64,000 nt of DNA from NCBI GenBank assembly GCA_963732385.1, contig CAVSZB010000007.1:800001-864000 (forward strand), in the 5' to 3' direction. This document shows positions 41,357-51,382 of this stretch, in pieces (the first letter of the stretch is position 1; each line of letters opens with the position of its first letter). A program made the position numbers and the translations under genes. Under the pieces are notes generated by a model. The model did not search any database. It was given only the letters and a program-made list of their open reading frames with translations, and was not told the origin of the DNA. This stretch comes from an uncultured bacterium. Lineage in GTDB: Bacteria > Krumholzibacteriota > Krumholzibacteriia > LZORAL124-64-63.

Positions 41357-43560
41357 CAGATTCCCTCCGTTTCCGGGGCGACCTCGCCCGCCGCCACCAC
41401 AACCACCCCGTGGGGCGCCCCGCCCGCGGCAGGCACACCCTCGAGTTCAGGCAAATCCCAGGTCGCGTGCTGCAACAACTGGGGCGCTCCGGGCCGCGCC
41501 CGCTCAACCTCCCAGGCCGTGGCCAGGCGGGGCCAGTCGGCCACTACGGCCGCCCACAATCCCGGCGCCGGCTCCTCGACGCCATCGGAACCGGCATCCG
41601 CGGCGATGGCGAACGCCCCCCCCGCCGAGGCGGGCGAAGCGAGCACCGCCTCCCCCTTCCGGTCGAGGCGGGTCATGAAATCGCGCACCACGCGCGCCGC
41701 ACGGCGCAGTTCGGCCGGTTCCGGCTCGCTGCCCGGCCGACGCGTGTCCAGACAGGCGAGCCGGGAGCGCGGCGCCGCCTCGCAACCCCGACGCAGCCGG
41801 CGCACGGCCACCAGCACCCGTTCCGATTCCGGATCACGGGGCATGACGATCCAGACGGTGGTGCCGGCCCCCGGGCTGCTCTCCACCGAGATGACTCCCC
41901 CGTGCGCCTCCACCAGCGTGCGGGTGATGTGCAGGCCGAGCCCACTGCCGGGCGCCGTGCCGTCATCGGCACCGCGTCCGCGCGCAAACGGCTGGAACAG
42001 GGTACGCCGCAACTCTTCGTCCATCCCGATCCCGTTGTCCTCGACCACCAGGGCGAACGTGCGTAGCGGCAGGAAATAGCGCCCCGCCACGGCGCGTGCG
42101 TCGGCCGGCGCTCCGCTGCCCGAACGGGGGTTCAGCCAGACCCGGACGCGCCCCCCCTCCGGGGTGTACTTCAAGGCATTCCCGACCGTGTTGTGCAGCA
42201 TCTGGACGACCTTGTCCGGATCGATGTGCGCCGGGAAGTGCTCGGCCCCGCAATCGCAACCGAGGTCGATACGCCGCTGGCGCGCGGTCGCCGCGAACAG
42301 TTCCAGCGCCTCACGCAGCAACGGCACGAGGTCCACCGTCTGACGGTGCAGGTCCAGCCGGCCCGCGCCGGCCCGCGACACGTCGAGCAGATCGCCGATG
42401 AGACGGTTCAACCGGTCGATATTCCGCATCGTCATGCCCAGGAAGTGCTGCGACTGCAGCGTGAGCGCACCCGCGTCGCCGCGCAGCAGGAGACCGACAG
42501 AGCTTTTCATCGAAGTCAGGGGGGTGCGCAACTCGTGGCTGATGGTCGAGATCGCCTCGGCGCTGCGGCTGTCGGCCTGCACCTCGGCCGTGGCGTCACG
42601 CACGGCGATCACGCGCCCCGCACGCACGCCGCGTCCGGTCACCCGCCCGCCGATAGCCACCTCCAGCGTCAGATCGCGCGCCTGCGAGGCCAGCAGCTTT
42701 TCGCGCTCGCAGCCGGCGTCATCGAGCCGGCGCACTGCGGCCGCCAGCCAGAGCGGCCAGGTCCGCCCCTCGGCGCCGAAGGAGGCGTGCAGCAACTGCT
42801 CCGCCGCGGCGTTGGCGGCGGTCACTTCGTCCCCGTCGATCAGCACCAGCGCCGCCGGCGCGGCGTCCCAGACCCCTTCCATCGTCAGCCCGCCCGCCGC
42901 CGGGTCCAGGCCAGCCACCCGCGCCGCACTCCCGGCGGCCATCGCCACGCCATACAGCGACCACGCGGCGAGCACCTGCTGCACCAGCGCCCCATCGCGC
43001 GACAGCGGCACCGGGGCCGCCAGCAGGAGGGCGGCATACTCCCCCTCGGCCACCCCCTCCGGCGGAAGCGGCAGTACGAGCGCACAGCCAAGATCGGCCT
43101 TGCGCAGGAAAGCCACGCCGGGCCGGAACGGATCATCGGTCACGGCGGCCCAGAAAGGCGCCAGGAGCGGTTCCGCGCGCAGCGGACTCAGCCGTGACGC
43201 GAGCGCCTCGCGCAACCGGACGCGCTCGGCATCGCGCAACTCGCCGGCCAACACGCGCGTCTGCGGCGCGCCCCCTCTGTCGACGCGGGTCGCGACCACG
43301 AGCGCCACCGGAAAACCGCCGCGCCGCAACGCCCGCACGGCGAGGCGGTAGCGACGCGACGGGTTGGTCTGGCGCAGCAGCGCCTCCACCAGACGCAGCC
43401 CGGTCACCCCGTCCAGCGTCTGTGCGGCGGGATTGCGTCCCCGGAAAAATCTGCTCAGCGCGGTGGGCAAGGTATTCCCCCGGCAGCGGCCATCGCACGC
43501 GACCGCCGGTCGCGGCGGCCTCTTTGCGCGCCGGTCGCGGCCATCCCCGCGCACCGACAC
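41356..43560 (-). CDS. Sensor histidine kinase, apparently cytoplasmic
   Basis: SHELRTPL, NALKY, DNGIG, GSGLGL; start uncertain (GTG 43560 or TTG 43470). Confidence 0.88.
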   Translation of the reverse strand: MSVRGDGRDRRAKRPPRPAVACDGRCRGNTLPTALSRFFRGRNPAAQTLDGVTGLRLVEALLRQTNPSRRYRLAVRALRRGGFPVALVVATRVDRGGAPQTRVLAGELRDAERVRLREALASRLSPLRAEPLLAPFWAAVTDDPFRPGVAFLRKADLGCALVLPLPPEGVAEGEYAALLLAAPVPLSRDGALVQQVLAAWSLYGVAMAAGSAARVAGLDPAAGGLTMEGVWDAAPAALVLIDGDEVTAANAAAEQLLHASFGAEGRTWPLWLAAAVRRLDDAGCEREKLLASQARDLTLEVAIGGRVTGRGVRAGRVIAVRDATAEVQADSRSAEAISTISHELRTPLTSMKSSVGLLLRGDAGALTLQSQHFLGMTMRNIDRLNRLIGDLLDVSRAGAGRLDLHRQTVDLVPLLREALELFAATARQRRIDLGCDCGAEHFPAHIDPDKVVQMLHNTVGNALKYTPEGGRVRVWLNPRSGSGAPADARAVAGRYFLPLRTFALVVEDNGIGMDEELRRTLFQPFARGRGADDGTAPGSGLGLHITRTLVEAHGGVISVESSPGAGTTVWIVMPRDPESERVLVAVRRLRRGCEAAPRSRLACLDTRRPGSEPEPAELRRAARVVRDFMTRLDRKGEAVLASPASAGGAFAIAADAGSDGVEEPAPGLWAAVVADWPRLATAWEVERARPGAPQLLQHATWDLPELEGVPAAGGAPHGVVVVAAGEVAPETEGI

Positions 43561-43610
43561 GCCCGGTGCCGCGAGGCTGCAACGATCGTGCCAGGGGGTG
43601 CCGGGACCGC

Positions 43611-44588
43611 TCAGCGGGGGTAGCCACCGGGGTTGGCGCGATGCCAGGCCCAGGCGTCCGCCAGAATGCGGTCCGGCTCGCTGCGCGTCGGGACCCAGCC
43701 CAGCAGCGCGCGCGCGCGACCGGTCGCAGCCACGAGCCGCGCCGGGTCGCCGGGGCGCCTGGGAACGACCGGAGGGTCAACGGCGATTCCGGCCACGCGG
43801 GCGGCGGCAACGACGATTTCGCGCACCGAGTGCCCCGTGCCATGGCCGAGGTTGATCGCCGTGAAACCGGGGCGCTCCGCCCACTCGAGCGCGAGTGCGT
43901 GAGCCTCGGCAAGGTCGGCCACGTGCACATAGTCGCGGATGCAGGTGCCGTCGGGCGTGGGGTAGTCCTCGCCGAAGAGGGCGAAGGTCACGGCGGGATC
44001 GAGCAGCGAGCGCAGCAGGCGCGGGATCAGGTGCGTCTCCGGTTCGTGGTCTTCGCCACGACCGGCTTCGGCCCCGGCCGCGTTGAAGTACCGCAGCGCC
44101 ACGGCGGCGAAGCCGTGGGCGCGCGCGGCGTCGGCGATCGCCCACTCCATGGCGGCCTTCGTGCGCCCGTACGCGTTGACCGGCGCCAGCAGCGCCTCCT
44201 CGGGAATCGGCAATTCGACCGGTTCACCATAGACCGCAGCGCTCGAGGAGAAGATGCACCGCCGCGCCCCACCGGCGGCGATCCGTTCGAGCAGCGCCAC
44301 GGTCCCCCCCACGTTGTGCCGGTAGTAGGGAAGTGGGCGCACCATCGACTCGCCCACGAGGCTGCGCGCGGCGAAGTGCACCACCGCGTCGAACGGCCGC
44401 GCGAACACCCGCGCCAGCCCCTCCGTGTCAGCCAGCGCAAGCTCGTGGAAGACCGCCGCCTCCGGCACGGCCGCGCGGTGCCCGGTGCTCAGGTCGTCGA
44501 GCACCTCCACCGCATGCCCGCGCGCGAGCAGACACTGCGCCGTCACCGAGCCGATATATCCGGCGCCGCCGGTCACCAGAACTCTCAC
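43611..44588 (-). CDS. galE: UDP-glucose 4-epimerase
   Basis: VTGGAGYIGS, FSSSAAVYG, YGRTK, LRYFNAAGA, DGTCIRDYVHV. Confidence 0.95.
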   Translation of the reverse strand: MRVLVTGGAGYIGSVTAQCLLARGHAVEVLDDLSTGHRAAVPEAAVFHELALADTEGLARVFARPFDAVVHFAARSLVGESMVRPLPYYRHNVGGTVALLERIAAGGARRCIFSSSAAVYGEPVELPIPEEALLAPVNAYGRTKAAMEWAIADAARAHGFAAVALRYFNAAGAEAGRGEDHEPETHLIPRLLRSLLDPAVTFALFGEDYPTPDGTCIRDYVHVADLAEAHALALEWAERPGFTAINLGHGTGHSVREIVVAAARVAGIAVDPPVVPRRPGDPARLVAATGRARALLGWVPTRSEPDRILADAWAWHRANPGGYPR

Positions 44589-47389
44589 GGTCGCGTCTCC
44601 TTCCGTCGTCCGGCACCGTTGCGACGGCGCGCGAGAAACCGTCCCGTCACCGAGGCCGGGCAGGCCGCCACCTCCGCGGGCGTCCCCTCGGCCACCAGTT
44701 GCCCCCCCGCCTCGCCGCCGCCCGGTCCGAGGTCGATGATCCAATCCGCCTGCTCGACCAACTCGAGGTTGTGCTCGATCACCACGACACCGTGTCCCTG
44801 GTCCACCAGTTCGTGCAGCACCCGCGCGAGCGCGGCGATATCGTCCACGTGCAGACCGGTCGTCGGTTCGTCAAGAAGATAGAGGTTGCGACGCCCCGAG
44901 GGAACCGCCAGCTCGCGGGCGATCTTCAGCCGCTGGCTCTCGCCTCCGGAAAGCGTCGGCGCGGCCTGGCCGAGTTGCAGATAACCCAGCCCCACCTTCC
45001 TGAGGATCCAGAGCCGGTCGGTCACGCCCGCCTGCCCGGCAAAAAAGGCTAGCGACTCCTCCACAGTCAGCCCGAGCACCTGCGCGATATTCAGACCGCG
45101 GTAGCGCACCTCGAGGGTGGCCGGATTGAAGCGACTGCCACCGCACTCCTCGCACGGCACGCTGATATCAGCCATGAAGTGCATTTCCACCCGGTGCTCA
45201 CCCAGCCCCTGGCAGGCCGGGCAACGCCCTCCGGCGGTGTTGAAACTGAAGCGACCGGCCGGCCAGGCCCGGACCCGCGCTTCGGGCGTGGCGGCGAACA
45301 GCTCCCGAATCGGCCCGAGAACCTGGAGGAACGTGGCCGGATTGGAGCGACTGGTGCGGCCGATCGGCGCCTGATCCACCCGCACGACCTTATCCACCGC
45401 CTCGGCCCCCTGCAGCGCCGTGAAGGCATGGTCCCGGCCGGCCCCCCCGGTCGCCCGCCCGGTCAGGCCGTCGTAGAGACAGCCGTTGAGCAGGCTGCTC
45501 TTGCCCGAGCCCGACACGCCGGTCAGACAGACGAAGCGGCCGAGCGGGATCCGCACGTCGAGACCGCGCAGGTTGTGCCGGCGCGCGCCGCGCACCTGGA
45601 TCTGCCGCGGCGGGTCGCCGCGCCGGGCCCGCGGCCGCTCCAGACGCTTCTCCCCCCGCAGCCAGGCGGCCGTGAGGGTGGTCCCGTCGGCGAGCAGATC
45701 GGTCAGCGCGCCCTGGAAGACCACCTCGCCGCCGAGTCGTCCCGCGCCCGGACCTAGTTCGACGAAGTGATCCGCCGCCCGCAGGACATCCAGATCGTGC
45801 TCCACCACGACGACCGTATTGCCCCCGGCGACCAAATCGCCGAGCGTGGCGATGAGGCGCTCCACATCGGCCGCGTGCAGACCGCTCGTCGGCTCATCCA
45901 GCACGTACAGCGTATCGACCAGACGCGATCCGAGCGCGTTCGCGAGGTGGATCCGCTGCGCCTCGCCGCCCGACAGCGTGCGGGTCAGGCGATCGAGCGT
46001 GAGGTAGCCGAGGCCGACGCGCTCGAGGAACCGCAGCCGGTGAAGCACTTCCTCCCGCACTTCCCCGGCCGCCGCGAGCGCCCCCTTCGACAGACGCAGG
46101 CCCTCCACCCTGGCCAGGGCGGTCACGACCGGCAGCCGTCCGATCTGGCCGATGTCCAGGCCGTTGATGCGCACGGCCAGCGCCTCCGGTCGCAGACGGG
46201 AGCCGCCACAGGCGCGGCACGCCGTGTCGCCCAGGTAGCGCCGCGTGTAGAAGCGGTGATGCTCCTTCTCTATCTTCCGCCGCATCTCCTCCAGGAACGG
46301 AATGACGCCGACGTACTCGCCGTCGGTCGCCTCGAGCACGAGGCGCTGCTGCGACGGTGACAACTGGCGCCACGGCGTGTCGGTCGGGATGCGGCGGCGG
46401 CGGCACCAACGCACCAGCACGGAGAACTGCCGGGCGAAACTGGGCGTGCGCCAGGGCTTGATCGCGCCGTCCATGATTGTCAGGGCCGGCTCGGGCACGA
46501 TCTTCGCCTCGTCGAACTCCAGCCGGTTGCCGAAGCCGCGGCAGGCGGGGCAGGCCCCCTGGGGGGAGTTGAACGAGAACAGGTGGGGTGTCGACTCCGG
46601 GAAGACCCGCTCGCAGCCGGCGCAGGCGAGTTGCGCGGACCAGACCCGCCGCTCCGCAAGCGCCACATCGCGCAGCACCACGCGCCCCTCGCCCAGGCGC
46701 ATCGCCAGCGTGACCGCCTCCGCGAACCGCGAGCGGTCGGCGGGCGCCAGCGTGAGCCGGTCCACCACCACCTCCACCGCCTCGCCGGCCGCCGGCCGCG
46801 GCGCCCCCGCGTCAGCCGCCGCCTCGAGCCGCAGCAGCACGCCCCCCACGAGCGCCCGCTGCCAGCCCTGCGCCAGCAGCGGCGCCGCCCAACCCTCGCG
46901 CGCGGCAGTGGCGGTTATGGTGAGCGGCCAGGCGACCAGCAACGGCGTCTCCTCCGTCCATCGCTGCCGCGCCTTGCGCCAGATCGAGGCCGGCGTTTCC
47001 CGTTCCACCTTCTCGCCGCAGGTCGGACAGACCAGCACCCCCACGCGCGCGAACAGCACGCGCAGGTAGTCGTTGATCTCGGTCACCGTGCCGACGGTGC
47101 TGCGGCCGCTGCGCGCGGCGTTGCGCTGCCCGATCGCGATGGCGGGGCTGATGCCGTCGATCCAGTCGACCTCCGGCTTGGGCATGCGTTCGAGGAACTG
47201 CCGCGCGTATGTGGAGAGCGATTCGACGTAGCAGCGCTGTCCCTCGGCATAGAGGGTGTCGAACACGAGCGACGACTTGCCCGAGCCCGAGACGCCGGAA
47301 ACGGCCGTCAGCCGCCCGCGCGGAAAGTCTACGTCGCACCCCTTCAGATTGTGCTGGCGGGCGCCACGGATGCGGATCTGGTCGCTCAA
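44585..47389 (-). CDS. uvrA: Excinuclease ABC subunit A (possibly a second paralog)
   Basis: GARQHNLK, two GVSGSGKSSL Walker A motifs, two LSGGE signatures, zinc fingers. Confidence 0.95.
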   Translation of the reverse strand: MSDQIRIRGARQHNLKGCDVDFPRGRLTAVSGVSGSGKSSLVFDTLYAEGQRCYVESLSTYARQFLERMPKPEVDWIDGISPAIAIGQRNAARSGRSTVGTVTEINDYLRVLFARVGVLVCPTCGEKVERETPASIWRKARQRWTEETPLLVAWPLTITATAAREGWAAPLLAQGWQRALVGGVLLRLEAAADAGAPRPAAGEAVEVVVDRLTLAPADRSRFAEAVTLAMRLGEGRVVLRDVALAERRVWSAQLACAGCERVFPESTPHLFSFNSPQGACPACRGFGNRLEFDEAKIVPEPALTIMDGAIKPWRTPSFARQFSVLVRWCRRRRIPTDTPWRQLSPSQQRLVLEATDGEYVGVIPFLEEMRRKIEKEHHRFYTRRYLGDTACRACGGSRLRPEALAVRINGLDIGQIGRLPVVTALARVEGLRLSKGALAAAGEVREEVLHRLRFLERVGLGYLTLDRLTRTLSGGEAQRIHLANALGSRLVDTLYVLDEPTSGLHAADVERLIATLGDLVAGGNTVVVVEHDLDVLRAADHFVELGPGAGRLGGEVVFQGALTDLLADGTTLTAAWLRGEKRLERPRARRGDPPRQIQVRGARRHNLRGLDVRIPLGRFVCLTGVSGSGKSSLLNGCLYDGLTGRATGGAGRDHAFTALQGAEAVDKVVRVDQAPIGRTSRSNPATFLQVLGPIRELFAATPEARVRAWPAGRFSFNTAGGRCPACQGLGEHRVEMHFMADISVPCEECGGSRFNPATLEVRYRGLNIAQVLGLTVEESLAFFAGQAGVTDRLWILRKVGLGYLQLGQAAPTLSGGESQRLKIARELAVPSGRRNLYLLDEPTTGLHVDDIAALARVLHELVDQGHGVVVIEHNLELVEQADWIIDLGPGGGEAGGQLVAEGTPAEVAACPASVTGRFLARRRNGAGRRKETRP

Positions 47390-47528
47390 ACAGTGGCTCC
47401 TCGCGCCGGCCTCATCCCGGTGTTATTCTGGCGCCGCGCCGGCCGCGCGGCGAACCTTGGATGATAGTGCCGTCCCGGGCAGGCCGCCAAAGTTTTTACC
47501 CGGGCCACCCTCAGCGAACGGACCTGCC

Positions 47529-48368
47529 ATGCCGCTGCCCCGCACCGCAGAGCTCCTCGAGACCATCCGCCTCCTGCGCGCCCCCGGTGGCTGTCCCTGG
47601 GACCGCCGCCAGACGCTGCCGGACGCCGCGCGCTTCCTGATGGACGAGGCGGGCGAGCTGCTCGAAGCCGCCCTCGCCGGCGACCACGACCACGCCGCCG
47701 AGGAGCTGGCCGACCTGCTCTACATGGTCTGCTTCTGCCGGGAGATCATGGGTGAGGCGCATTCCATCTCGTTCGAGGATATCGCGAGTCTGGGCAACGA
47801 AAAGCTGCTGCGGCGCCACCCGCACGTCTTCGGCGAGGATCCGGCCGCCGACCACCACGAGAGCCAGGACCGCTGGAACGCGGTCAAGGCGGAGGAAAAA
47901 CAGGCGCGCGGCCTCGACACGACGCGGGAGTCGGTGCTCAAGGACCTGCCCGCTTCGTCCTCGCCGCTCACGCAGGCTTACCAGTACCAGGAGAACGCCG
48001 CGTCGGTCGGATTCACGTTCGCCGACACCGCCCAGGCCTGGGCGAAGCTGGCCGAAGAGCTGGAGGAGCTGCGGTGCGCCGCGGCCGCCGCGGCGACGGC
48101 GGGTGGCCCGGCCGACTCCACGCCGACTGACGCCGTGCGTCACGAACTGGGCGATGTCCTGTTCGCGACCGTGAATCTCGCGCGCCTGCTCGGCGTGGCG
48201 CCCGACGACGCGCTGCGCCTGGCGAATCGTCGCTTCCGCGCCCGCTTCCGCGCCGTCGAAGCGCGGCACGACTGGTCGCGCGAGAGCCTGCGCGCCGCCG
48301 ACCCGGCGGCCCTGCTGGCCGCCTGGCGGGAAACCCGAGCCGAGGGCGAGACACCTCCCTCGCGCTGA
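47529..48368 (+). CDS. mazG: MazG nucleoside triphosphate pyrophosphohydrolase
   Basis: GCPWDRRQT, EELADLL, RRHPHVF, ELGDVLF. Confidence 0.92.
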   Translation: MPLPRTAELLETIRLLRAPGGCPWDRRQTLPDAARFLMDEAGELLEAALAGDHDHAAEELADLLYMVCFCREIMGEAHSISFEDIASLGNEKLLRRHPHVFGEDPAADHHESQDRWNAVKAEEKQARGLDTTRESVLKDLPASSSPLTQAYQYQENAASVGFTFADTAQAWAKLAEELEELRCAAAAAATAGGPADSTPTDAVRHELGDVLFATVNLARLLGVAPDDALRLANRRFRARFRAVEARHDWSRESLRAADPAALLAAWRETRAEGETPPSR

Positions 48369-48410
48369 CCCGCGAAGCGAACAGCGGCCAGACGCGGCGC
48401 GCCCGGTCCC

Positions 48411-49877
48411 TCACTCCGGGCAGCCGTCGTCGTCCGCCACGCCGTCGTAGTCTTCCGGCTCATTCGGACAAAGATCGCGAGCGTCGTCAATGCCGTCGAA
48501 GTCGTTGTCGGGATCGGGACAGCCATCATCGTCCTCGAAGCCGTCACGATCCTCCGCGGTGCCGGGACAGTGGTCGCGCTCGTCGGCAATGCCGTCGCCG
48601 TCGCGGTCGCGCAGCTCTTCCGGGCAGCCGTCACCGTCGCGATCGCCGTCGAAATCCTCGGCGAGGTCCGGACAGACATCGCGCGCGTCGGGGATACCGT
48701 CGCCATCGTTGTCGGGGTCGGGGATACCGTCCTCGTCCTGGAATCCGTCGCGATCCTCGGCGGCGTCGGGGGCTCCGTCGACCGTGTCCTCGATACCGTC
48801 GCCGTCGTTGTCGGGATCGGGACAGCCGTCCGCGTCACGCCAGCCATCGCGATCCTCCGCCGCGTTCGGGCAGCCGTCGCGGCGATCGGGCACGCCGTCA
48901 CCGTCGCGATCGCGACCGCCCAGGGCGAATCCGCGCGACAGCATCACGTGCCAGACGAGGTCGGGCGCGGCGGGCAGGTACGGCGTGGCCGGATCGTCCA
49001 GCGCGAGATTCACATCGTAGGCGACGGACAGGCCCCAGCCGTCATCGCGCCCCCAGTGCAGCCCCGGCGTGAAGTGGCGCGGGAATTCCCCCACCGCGGC
49101 GCCGGCGGCGAGCGGCAGTCGCGCCTCGCTGTACTCGAAGAACAACGCGACATCCTCGCGACGCACCTCCACCGCGGCGGCCAGCTGCAGAAAATCATTG
49201 TCACCGCCGGCGCCGTCGGGCGGCACGGCCGGGTACACCGGCGGCCAGGGCAGGAAGAGGGCGTCGCCTCCCCCCGGGCCGCGTCCGGCATCGGGATTCC
49301 AGCGCCGGGCGGCGGCCAGGTGCAACCGCAACTCCGGATATGCCGAGGCCCGCCAGAGACGCAGCGCCACCGCGACACCAGCCTGAGGGACCGTCCGCCC
49401 CTCCCCCGTGCCGTCCTCCCGCGCACCGGTGGGCAGCGTCAGCCTGGCCGTGGCGGCCCAGGCCAGCGCGGGGCGCGGCGAGGGCAGGCCGAGCGTCAGA
49501 CCGAGCCGCGCGTCCCCCAGCCCGCCACCGCTCGCGGGCAGCAGCCCCTCCGGACCGGTCCAACTGCGACTCGTCGCGTCGAACGTCAGCCTCGTGCGCG
49601 GCAGCGGGCCGTATTCCAGACGCAGCCGGAGATCGCGCAGGCTCGCCTCGTACGGCGCGTATCCCCGCCGCAAATATTCAATGCCGTACGATTCCCCCCC
49701 GAAGCCGAGCAGCAGCACGCCGTCGGGCGGCAGGATGGCGCCGTCGAGTCGGTAGAGCGTCGCCGTGCGAGCGTTCGTGAGGACCGCCGGTCCTTCCGGT
49801 CCGTCCGCGCGCGCCCCGGGCGCCGCCAGCAGCCCGCACAGCAGCGGCAGAGCCGCGCGGCACAGAGCACGGCTCAC
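48411..49877 (-). CDS. Exported protein: putative beta-barrel N-domain + thrombospondin type-3-like Ca-binding repeats
   Basis: Signal peptide, GLGD motif with alternating strands, five DxDGDG repeats at the C terminus. Confidence 0.75.
   Translation of the reverse strand: MSRALCRAALPLLCGLLAAPGARADGPEGPAVLTNARTATLYRLDGAILPPDGVLLLGFGGESYGIEYLRRGYAPYEASLRDLRLRLEYGPLPRTRLTFDATSRSWTGPEGLLPASGGGLGDARLGLTLGLPSPRPALAWAATARLTLPTGAREDGTGEGRTVPQAGVAVALRLWRASAYPELRLHLAAARRWNPDAGRGPGGGDALFLPWPPVYPAVPPDGAGGDNDFLQLAAAVEVRREDVALFFEYSEARLPLAAGAAVGEFPRHFTPGLHWGRDDGWGLSVAYDVNLALDDPATPYLPAAPDLVWHVMLSRGFALGGRDRDGDGVPDRRDGCPNAAEDRDGWRDADGCPDPDNDGDGIEDTVDGAPDAAEDRDGFQDEDGIPDPDNDGDGIPDARDVCPDLAEDFDGDRDGDGCPEELRDRDGDGIADERDHCPGTAEDRDGFEDDDGCPDPDNDFDGIDDARDLCPNEPEDYDGVADDDGCPE
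48414..48911 (-). repeat. Five tandem ~99-nt (33 aa) TSP3-like coding repeats
   Basis: DxDGDGxxDxxDxCPxxxEDxDGxxDxDGCP unit repeated five times. Confidence 0.9.
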
Positions 49878-50233
49878 GCGGACGCTGCCGCGGGATCTTC
49901 GCCGGAGGGGGCCCCCTCAGCTGCGACGGCTTCCGCAGGCGGGTCGGCGGGGCTTTCGGACGCCCGCTTCGACTCGTCCAGCCAGTTCATCCGCAGCTCG
50001 AAGATCGCCGTATCGAGCCCCCGCATAACCGCCGGCGGTGTATTGGCGCGGCACTTCGCCTGCAGCATCTCGAGGACCTCGATGGTCGCCCGCGCGCTGT
50101 CCAGATCACGCTCCGGTTTCCCGGTCAGCGGATGGGCCAGCTTGCCGAGTTGCCGCATGCCGGCGTCCTGGAACATCGCCACCAGCGAAAGCAACACGGC
50201 GTCATGCCGGGTCAGATCCTCCCTGTCCGTCAT
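49874..50233 (-). CDS. DUF1844 family protein
   Basis: QLGKLAHPLTGKPERDLDSARATIEVLEMLQAK...ELRM. Confidence 0.8.
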   Translation of the reverse strand: MTDREDLTRHDAVLLSLVAMFQDAGMRQLGKLAHPLTGKPERDLDSARATIEVLEMLQAKCRANTPPAVMRGLDTAIFELRMNWLDESKRASESPADPPAEAVAAEGAPSGEDPAAASA

Positions 50234-50296
50234 TTGCCAATCCCTCCCGGCGCGCCTGGCACGCCCGTTTGTCCCGGGTCAACCATCATCCAACAA

Positions 50297-51382
50297 TCAC
50301 GTGGGCAATTCGCTCCCGCCCGCATCCCTTTCGGCGTCCGCCGCCACACCGCCGACGACCGGGTCGTCGAATTCGTCCGCGATCCGGCCCACGACCGCCT
50401 CCACCAGATTCTCCAGCGTGACCAGGCCGAGCACGCGGCCATCCCGATCGACCACGATCGCCATCTGCTGGTGCTGCCACTGCATCTCCTCGAACAGCTC
50501 GTACGGCGTCAGCCCGGCATCGACGAACAGACAGTCGCGCAGCAGGGCTGGCGGAATCGCCTCATCGCCAACCGGGCCGCGCGGCACCTCGAGCAGCAGA
50601 TCGCGCGCGAGGATCCAGCCGGCCATGCCGCCGTCCGCGTCCGCCACCGGCAGCCGGCTGTAACCGGTCCGGACCGCGAGCGCCGCGGCGCCGGCCAGCC
50701 CGGCCCCCGGCGGCACGGCGACCACGCGGGCGAGAGGCACCATGATCTCGTCCAGCCGGCGGCCGCCCAGCGCCAGGAAGCGCTGCAGGACGTCGCCGAA
50801 GCGCTCGTCCTGGCCCGCCAGTTCAGGGTGTCCCAGCAGCAGCGCCGCCACCGCCTCCCGGCTCAGGGTCGAGGCGCCGGGGGCCGCCCCTCCCGGCAGG
50901 ACACGCGACCACAACGCCACCCAGGCCCGCAACACGATCCGCGCCGGCGCCAGCGCGATCATCACCCCGCCGATGGCCGGGGTCACCGCCAGGGTGAGAC
51001 GCTCGGGATATTCACGGAAGACAACCTTGGGCACGATCTCGCCAAGCGTAATCACCAGCAACGCGGTCACGGCCCCGGCCAGCCACTCGCCATGCCCCCC
51101 CCAGCGCGCGCCGAAAGTGGCGGTCAGAACGACGCCGAGAAGCACATTGACCAGGTTGTTGCCGATCAGAAACGTGAGGATCGGCTCCTCCACGTGGTTC
51201 AACAGCCGTTCCAGCCGCGGCAGGTGCGGCACCGGTCCGCGACGCGCGAGCTGCCGCAGCCGCACGCGGCTGATGCTCATCAGCCCGGTCTCGCTCCCCG
51301 CGAAAAAGGCGCTGGCCAGCAGGCACGCCACCGTAACCGCGATCAGGACATCCCAGCCGGGAAACGCGGCCTCCGGCTTCAC
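50297..51382 (-). CDS. CNNM (DUF21) + CBS domain protein lacking the CorC C-terminal domain
   Basis: SAFFAGSETG, LIGNNLVN, GEIVPK, GYSRLPV, IADEFD then ends. Confidence 0.88.
   Translation of the reverse strand: MKPEAAFPGWDVLIAVTVACLLASAFFAGSETGLMSISRVRLRQLARRGPVPHLPRLERLLNHVEEPILTFLIGNNLVNVLLGVVLTATFGARWGGHGEWLAGAVTALLVITLGEIVPKVVFREYPERLTLAVTPAIGGVMIALAPARIVLRAWVALWSRVLPGGAAPGASTLSREAVAALLLGHPELAGQDERFGDVLQRFLALGGRRLDEIMVPLARVVAVPPGAGLAGAAALAVRTGYSRLPVADADGGMAGWILARDLLLEVPRGPVGDEAIPPALLRDCLFVDAGLTPYELFEEMQWQHQQMAIVVDRDGRVLGLVTLENLVEAVVGRIADEFDDPVVGGVAADAERDAGGSELPT

Noticed and set aside
47390..47528. LexA/SOS box or toxin-antitoxin context at divergent uvrA/mazG
   Set aside because: No known LexA consensus recognised and no mazEF genes; only a weak TTGGCG-18-TATCAT promoter candidate
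48414..48911. Regularly spaced repeats considered as CRISPR or VNTR
   Set aside because: Degenerate at the DNA level, in frame, and encode TSP3-like protein repeats; no cas genes present
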